From a bacterium (lineage in GTDB: Bacteria; Bdellovibrionota_C; UBA2361; CALJRW01), in the NCBI GenBank assembly GCA_031385045.1, contig JANNBC010000013.1, positions 1 through 64,000 on the forward strand: a stretch of 64,000 nt of DNA. Direction: 5' to 3'. This document shows positions 58,480 to 64,000 of the stretch, in pieces. The notes under the pieces were generated by a model that saw only the letters and a list, made by a program, of their open reading frames with translations, had not been told where the DNA came from and made no database searches. Position 1 is the stretch's first letter, and each line of letters starts with the position of its first letter. The translations under genes and the position numbers were made by a program.

Positions 58480-58520
58480 TTTAGTGACTAAATGCAATTT
58501 ATAAACATTTAGTCACTAAA
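58480..58520. repeat. 15-bp perfect inverted repeat between sulP and dabA
   Basis: TTTAGTGACTAAATG-11nt-CATTTAGTCACTAAA. Confidence 0.8.
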
Positions 58521-58539
58521 TTATTATAGATCCTAAAGT

Positions 58540-60075
58540 TTACCCTGCTTTTTGAATCCTAGGGCTTCTGGCGATGTAGTTATTTAACTCCTGCATAAAC
58601 TCTTCATCGATAAATGAGCATTGTTGGCAGTCAATTACTACTGATTGATGAATTGTTAAGGCGTTTTCGGCAACTTTTTTAACTTTTGGAAAGTTTGTAA
58701 ACATCAACCCTTCAGTAAATGAAATTCGAGCCTGTTCCGAGTCACTCTCAATTACAAATTTTGGAGAGAAAACACTCTTAACAGAACGACACTTTAAACT
58801 TTCAAAAACTAAATAAAGTAAGAAGCCTCCAAATACTCCAGCTAGCAAATCAACCCCAACAGTAACAGCAAATGTTACAAAAAAGACTGCAAATGTGGAC
58901 TTCCCCTGATGCCAAGCATGCTTCCACTCAGGAATTGAGAAAAGACGATATCCAATCACAATTAAAATTGCAGCTAAAGCCGCAATTGGTAAATGATTCA
59001 AGATACCTGAGAAGAAAACTACAGCGACAAAAAGTAGGCCACCATGAATGAAGTTACTTCGGGAGCTTCTAGCTCCAAAATCGATATTTGCTTTACTACG
59101 ACCGATCTCTGAAATCATTGGAATACCACCAATCAGAGCAGCCAAACTATTAGCAAATCCGATTGCTATCAGATCTTTATTTAGATCAGCTTGCTCTTCC
59201 GGAGAGCGACTCTTGTTGATTGCCTTTACTGTTAACAAAGATTCGATACATCCGATTACTGAGAACAAAAAGATAAACTTCCAAGCAGTAAAGGTTGTTA
59301 GCGCACTCCAATTTGGAGTAACAAACCCTTGGGAAAGTGAATCTGGCAAATGAATCAAGAAGGAATCATTTAACTGATAGCTAGCACCAAAGAATTGATA
59401 TGAGTGGCTTTCACCCAAAGCAAACATAAAACTAGCTGTAATTGCTAAAAGCAACACGACCAAAGCACCAGGAATCTTAAAATACTTTTTTAACTTTGGA
59501 TTTAAGGAACAAACCATAACAGCAAGACTGACCAAGCCAATTATAGAAATTAATGGATTAGCTAAATGTAAGCTTTGGAAGAGATTACTGATTAACTCTA
59601 GAGGAGAATGACCGACGGCCTTCATCCCTAGTAAAAAGTAAGTCTGCTTTGCCATCACAATTAATCCGATAGCAGAAATCATGCCATGGACAACGGAAGC
59701 AGGAATGTAATCAATTAATTTTCCTAGCTTAAAGTAACCCATCATCACCTGGAATAAACCTGAAATGAGAGCCACTGCTAAAACAGCACGATAGCCAGCT
59801 AGTAGGTCACCACCAGCACCTAACTCGGTAACGCCTGCTAGAACAATAACAATTAGTCCCGCCGGAGCACCTTTAATTGAGAACTTAGCTCCACCAATAA
59901 ACCCTGTTAAGAGGCCACCAATAATTGAGGTAATAATACCTGCAATTGGCGGACAACCACTAGCCACGGCAATCGCCATACATAAAGGGAGAGTAATGAG
60001 AAAAACTAAAAAACCTGAGTTCAGATCCTTTACCATGTCACCGGAGCGACATTTAGAAAAAGTTGGAAAATGCAT
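58540..60075 (-). CDS. SulP/SLC26-family anion (probably bicarbonate) transporter
   Basis: G..VFL..LPLC..IA.ASG.P..AG, I.G..AGL, ESLL, GG.P.ISE..RS and a short STAS-like tail. Confidence 0.9.
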   Translation of the reverse strand: MHFPTFSKCRSGDMVKDLNSGFLVFLITLPLCMAIAVASGCPPIAGIITSIIGGLLTGFIGGAKFSIKGAPAGLIVIVLAGVTELGAGGDLLAGYRAVLAVALISGLFQVMMGYFKLGKLIDYIPASVVHGMISAIGLIVMAKQTYFLLGMKAVGHSPLELISNLFQSLHLANPLISIIGLVSLAVMVCSLNPKLKKYFKIPGALVVLLLAITASFMFALGESHSYQFFGASYQLNDSFLIHLPDSLSQGFVTPNWSALTTFTAWKFIFLFSVIGCIESLLTVKAINKSRSPEEQADLNKDLIAIGFANSLAALIGGIPMISEIGRSKANIDFGARSSRSNFIHGGLLFVAVVFFSGILNHLPIAALAAILIVIGYRLFSIPEWKHAWHQGKSTFAVFFVTFAVTVGVDLLAGVFGGFLLYLVFESLKCRSVKSVFSPKFVIESDSEQARISFTEGLMFTNFPKVKKVAENALTIHQSVVIDCQQCSFIDEEFMQELNNYIARSPRIQKAG

Positions 60076-60129
60076 ATAAAAATATTTTGTTAAAGTTACT
60101 TATTAATTTCGATAGAAGACGCAAGAGTA

Positions 60130-60447
60130 TTAAGCTGTGGCAGGAGGCGCGCGTCCGAAATTAGTAACTTGATAACTACTAGAAAATAATCTTTTGAATT
60201 GATAGCTAGGAATAATCGCGACCAAAGTGCGATTTGTTTGACTTGTAAAATCTTGACCTGCAATAATAAACTTCAGCAAGTCGATTGCTTGAAAACCATC
60301 TAAGTCATCCCGAGACTCAAATTTTTTAATTTCTAAAGTTTTATTGATTGAGCTGTCACAAGAATTGTGAATATCAGCAACGGCCTGAACAAAGCCAGTG
60401 AAGACAAGAATTGTTAAAAAAAGTTTCCGAAGAAACAAACCACACAT
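60130..60447 (-). CDS. Small exported leader protein ending in RAPP (candidate ribosome-arrest peptide)
   Basis: N-terminal signal peptide. The C-terminus NFGRAPPATA* is encoded by GC-rich codons at 60142-60153, and the stop lies 54 nt before the sulP ATG. Confidence 0.6.
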   Translation of the reverse strand: MCGLFLRKLFLTILVFTGFVQAVADIHNSCDSSINKTLEIKKFESRDDLDGFQAIDLLKFIIAGQDFTSQTNRTLVAIIPSYQFKRLFSSSYQVTNFGRAPPATA

Positions 60448-61048
60448 AAAAATATTTAGTGCAAAGGAATTTTGATAGCAAACAAAAACAAAATTTTAGG
60501 GCTATCCAGTTTGTATCTTATAGAGGAGGTTTGTTTCTTACACAATGGACTAGTCAATGAATTTCTAAACTAGTAACCCACACAAGTTTCCAATAGGCAG
60601 ACTTAACACCTTAAAATCACTTGCTTTTTAGGCCTAATAGAAAATTTAGGTAAAAATAAAAATTTTCTTTATAAGCTTTTTGATTAAAATCAGTCCCGAT
60701 TAAGAAATGTTTAACAAGTACTTATCTCTAATAGCTTTTAATCAGAACTAAAAATTATTAAAAAGTTTTTTAATAATTTCCATTAAAAAATTTTAAAGAT
60801 AAAATCAAATCATATTCATTTGGTTAATTTCTCATTGATGTTGAATTATCAGATAAACCTGACGGAAGTTAAATATGTTAACCCTTTCCGAATAATTAAT
60901 TTAAAATAACGTCATTGTATTTAATGTTTTTGAGTAGTACTCTTTTTTTGAGATAAAACTCAAATCCGAAAATACATGCTTATTGTCATGCCAAAGCCTT
61001 AGAAATTAACAATGGCTTTTTTACTAATTATATTTTTGTATTAGAACA

Positions 61049-61258
61049 ATGTTAGAAAAAGAATCTCCAAATACGACTAACTTAACAGGTGAAGCACTTA
61101 GAGAACATCTAGCGAATCACTACAAGAATACGATTGGAACATCCCCAGTCGACCCTGCCGCTACTTTGCCAGCTAGCGGAAGGCGCTTTGATATTGCTGC
61201 TCTAGTTTTGGTTGCCTCTCAACAATGTCTTGAACTTGTAAGCAACCTTCCATTATAA
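61049..61258 (+). CDS. Small hypothetical protein
   Basis: 69-aa ORF, more GC-rich than the flanking AT-rich intergenic DNA. Confidence 0.4.
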   Translation: MLEKESPNTTNLTGEALREHLANHYKNTIGTSPVDPAATLPASGRRFDIAALVLVASQQCLELVSNLPL

Positions 61259-61283
61259 GCCTTTGGTTTAATCTGGTTACTCG

Positions 61284-63284
61284 CTAATTATTAATTACTG
61301 CCTTTCCTAAAAACTGGAAACTAACTTGTGGGTGATTTTTTTTAGAGTTAAAAACTCGAACCTTACCATCAGGCAGTGATTCCAGCTCGTAATCATTGAT
61401 TATTTCACTAGCTTCATGATTAGCTGCAACTAAGATAATGCCTCGATCTGTTTGAATAAAATCTAATGCTGGTAAATCTTCTCTCAATAATCGAAGAAAA
61501 CTTTTATATGAATAATCAGTAATTAAGGAGTTATTAATCACTAAAGTTGGAGTTTCTGAATCCAAATTTCCAACTAAGCCAATTGGAGTGATTTCAGCAA
61601 TCGTAAATGGGATTGCCTTTTCTGTGATCAGCTCATCCTCTTGATCTCTAAAGAAGAGTCCAGTGTATCCTTCTTCTCCAACGAACAAACAACAAATCTC
61701 TTCCTTGTTATAGTAATGCACACCGATCAAGGCTCCAAAGATTTCTCTCTGCTCAAGACTAACTAAATGATTCGCACAGTAAAAAGTAAGTGTTCCATCT
61801 CGTGCACTCTCTGCTAAGCAAGTCAGCTCATTATTCTCATTTACATGAATCCCAATTGGCCAATTGGGATTATTTGGAAATTTAACTGAACGTAAATTAA
61901 ACATCTGCAAAGGATCTAAGATCAGTTTCCATCCAGTGCTGGAACATAGTAATTCTGGGATAATTGCTTTCGAACTGGGAAGGACGTGACAAGGCATACT
62001 AGTAATAAAAATACTATTCTCACTCTCCTGCAAAAATTCGCCATTAAAAATACAGTGCTTCTGTCCAGCAGTCTGAACTATGGCGTTTCCAGTAGCATGA
62101 AACTCTGGACAAGCTTGAAAAGCTTCCACTTGTTGCTGATTAATTAGAAAAATAGCATTAATAATAGGATAACCTTCAGCACATAAAGAAACAATACAAA
62201 GTGCCCGACCCCGATCTTCAATTGTTGCTTGAAAAAAAAGTTTCCCTTGATAAAAAACCGGTGAGGTTTCTAGCTCCATTGCTAAGATTCCATCGAAGGA
62301 AGGATCGTTACTTAAAAAATCTGAATCTTCTAATTGAAAACTACTTAAATCATAATTCAGAAATGGTAAGCTCCGATCATCTTTTGTCAGCTCGCCCCAA
62401 AATACAATTTGAGACTTGCCTTTAATTTCAACTAAGGCTGAGTGAATATCAAAGATTGGGTAATCATCAACCGAGAGCTTCTCATGTAACTCGCCCTCTT
62501 TAATTAAGTAAACAAACTTACTTGTAGCAATAATCCCAGTAGGCTTTTTTGTTTCCTTAAGAAATTCGGCATTAATAAAGTCACCATCTAAATCTACAGG
62601 GAAAATCTGATTAGACTGAAAAAGATATAACTCTCGGCCAACTTGATACACCCCTAAGGTCTGGCCGAAATCATTATAAGCCAAAACATTGAAACGATTC
62701 GGCGTAATCAAGCCAACTTTTAACATTGGCTTGCCATTAACTAATGAATAGAGATGCGTCTGATCTGCAGTGCTCGCATCTAAATCTAACACCTCAACAA
62801 TTGCCTTATTTTGAGCTGGAGCAATTTCTAGAACTCTTTTGATTCGTCCTACTTTCGTATCAATCAATACTTGTCCACTAATAAGTGGAAACTGACTGCC
62901 ATAATATTCGACAACTCCATACTTCTCACCTAAAACTTGCCACCGATCTTGTACTTTAGAAATTATAGTACAGGCTAAGAGTTCATTTAAAATTCCTTCT
63001 GCCGGCAAAAAAACACCCTGATTAGCTTTTAATTGAGTGATAGATTTAAGAGCAGTAGTAAGAGATTGATCATCAACGACAGTCGGAATCACTGCCTTCC
63101 CAAAATCAAACTCCTTAATTACTCTAACTGCATTTGCGGGATCTTTTGTTAGATCTAGTTTAAGAATTGCTACGAGCGCGAAACAAGCCCGATAAAGATC
63201 AGAACGTAAGCTCCGTGGTAAGCTTTCTTCGCACTTAACAGCATTTACAAGAACAGGAAGACTTTGGACTAAATCTGACAACAT
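61284..63284 (-). CDS. Hypothetical 666-aa protein (helical N-terminus, beta-rich remainder)
   Basis: Long ORF with no recognised motif. Confidence 0.65.
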   Translation of the reverse strand: MLSDLVQSLPVLVNAVKCEESLPRSLRSDLYRACFALVAILKLDLTKDPANAVRVIKEFDFGKAVIPTVVDDQSLTTALKSITQLKANQGVFLPAEGILNELLACTIISKVQDRWQVLGEKYGVVEYYGSQFPLISGQVLIDTKVGRIKRVLEIAPAQNKAIVEVLDLDASTADQTHLYSLVNGKPMLKVGLITPNRFNVLAYNDFGQTLGVYQVGRELYLFQSNQIFPVDLDGDFINAEFLKETKKPTGIIATSKFVYLIKEGELHEKLSVDDYPIFDIHSALVEIKGKSQIVFWGELTKDDRSLPFLNYDLSSFQLEDSDFLSNDPSFDGILAMELETSPVFYQGKLFFQATIEDRGRALCIVSLCAEGYPIINAIFLINQQQVEAFQACPEFHATGNAIVQTAGQKHCIFNGEFLQESENSIFITSMPCHVLPSSKAIIPELLCSSTGWKLILDPLQMFNLRSVKFPNNPNWPIGIHVNENNELTCLAESARDGTLTFYCANHLVSLEQREIFGALIGVHYYNKEEICCLFVGEEGYTGLFFRDQEDELITEKAIPFTIAEITPIGLVGNLDSETPTLVINNSLITDYSYKSFLRLLREDLPALDFIQTDRGIILVAANHEASEIINDYELESLPDGKVRVFNSKKNHPQVSFQFLGKAVINN

Positions 63285-63445
63285 TAGAGTAAAGTAACAT
63301 TTTTTAAATGTTAAACAACTTCCAATTGTAACTAAATAAGGAATAGATATTTATTTACAAGCTAGTATGAATTTTCTATATTCATCAAAATTTTGTCTTT
63401 ACTAGCCTAGTGCTATTTCCCAATTAAATCTGAAGTAACCAAGCT

Positions 63446-64000
63446 GTGCTCCCATTAATTCAACCAACTCAAAAAGTAGCTCTAGAAATTGAGTTTAAAT
63501 ATCTATTACAAGATCCCGCTCCTAAACTATTGCAACAACTAGCTTTAAGTCCAATTCAAAAATTTATTGCTCAATATCATTTCAGCCGAGACTTAAGCCA
63601 GGCGATGCTACTACCAATCATGAGAGAACTTTGCCCAGAACAAATAGCATCGGTTGATGCTACTAGATTAAAGGGTCGAGTCCGAAAACTCACAGTGGAT
63701 GATCAAGTAAAATATATTCTTGGATTAAAGGGCCCGAAAGACGAAGCATTCAAACGACTAAATATCGTTTCTAAACCAGAAATTGAAGCGGAGTGTACAG
63801 AAGCAGAGTTTAAAAAACTAAAGAGAAATGCAGATAAAGGATATATTATTAAACAGCGCACTGTAGTTCCCTGTACCGTTTTACATGAAGGAACTACTTA
63901 TCAACTACAAGCTGAGTTTGATAAAGTTACTACTGTTAATGGTTATCATTTAAGACCAAATTTTCTAATTATGGAAATCGAAGTTCCAGAAGAAAATTCA
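63446..64000 (+). CDS. CYTH (triphosphate tunnel metalloenzyme) domain protein, runs off the window
   Basis: My translation from GTG 63446: ...LEIEFKYLL...GRVRK...YILGLKGP...KPEIE...IIKQR...D...MEIEVP, which includes the ExExK signature. Not in the ORF track. Confidence 0.8.
   Translation, partial: MLPLIQPTQKVALEIEFKYLLQDPAPKLLQQLALSPIQKFIAQYHFSRDLSQAMLLPIMRELCPEQIASVDATRLKGRVRKLTVDDQVKYILGLKGPKDEAFKRLNIVSKPEIEAECTEAEFKKLKRNADKGYIIKQRTVVPCTVLHEGTTYQLQAEFDKVTTVNGYHLRPNFLIMEIEVPEENS

Noticed and set aside
11696..62425. Numerous short nested ORFs in the track (e.g. 11696, 12386, 13420, 13807, 16289, 21762, 22126, 23181, 23207, 25993, 32152, 33399, 34617, 37479, 38094, 40972, 41952, 48167, 50790, 54292, 59048, 62201)
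   Set aside because: All lie wholly or largely within better-supported genes on the opposite strand or in another frame, and show no motifs.

Overview
AT-rich bacterial chromosomal window. Dispersed type IV pilin-like genes, an ELWxxDGT-repeat protein, a CxxxY-type CcmE and a repeat-tailed TopA suggest a Bdellovibrionota/Myxococcota-like 'deltaproteobacterium' (inference only). No rRNA, tRNA or CRISPR array was seen. The most notable feature is a ~14 kb NAD(P) island (6769-20456). It contains pncA-gapN-nadK-nadE-eamA, two tandem TRPM/LSDAT-type SLOG paralogues, a tandem Lrp/AsnC regulator, pncB and a 972-aa double-Nudix protein with an unknown HDxxH...E C-terminal half. An identical palindrome (TGTTAAAATTAACA) lies 65-67 nt upstream of both pncA and pncB, and the island has no recognisable NadD/NadM adenylyltransferase. 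Other highlights: a secreted Cys-repeat HvfA/oxazolin-like peptide under an ECF sigma/zf-HC2 pair, with DoxX and a GMC oxidoreductase but no MNIO enzyme; a SulP + DabAB + extra antiporter-subunit inorganic-carbon operon led by a signal-peptide uORF ending in RAPP (possible ribosome-arrest peptide); an 847-aa orphan plus a hairpin-dense 250-bp element splitting the ccm operon; and a mosaic of IS remnants at the left end. Housekeeping genes include glpD/glpK, engB, ccmABCDEF and topA. All assignments come from motifs read by eye; no database searches were run.
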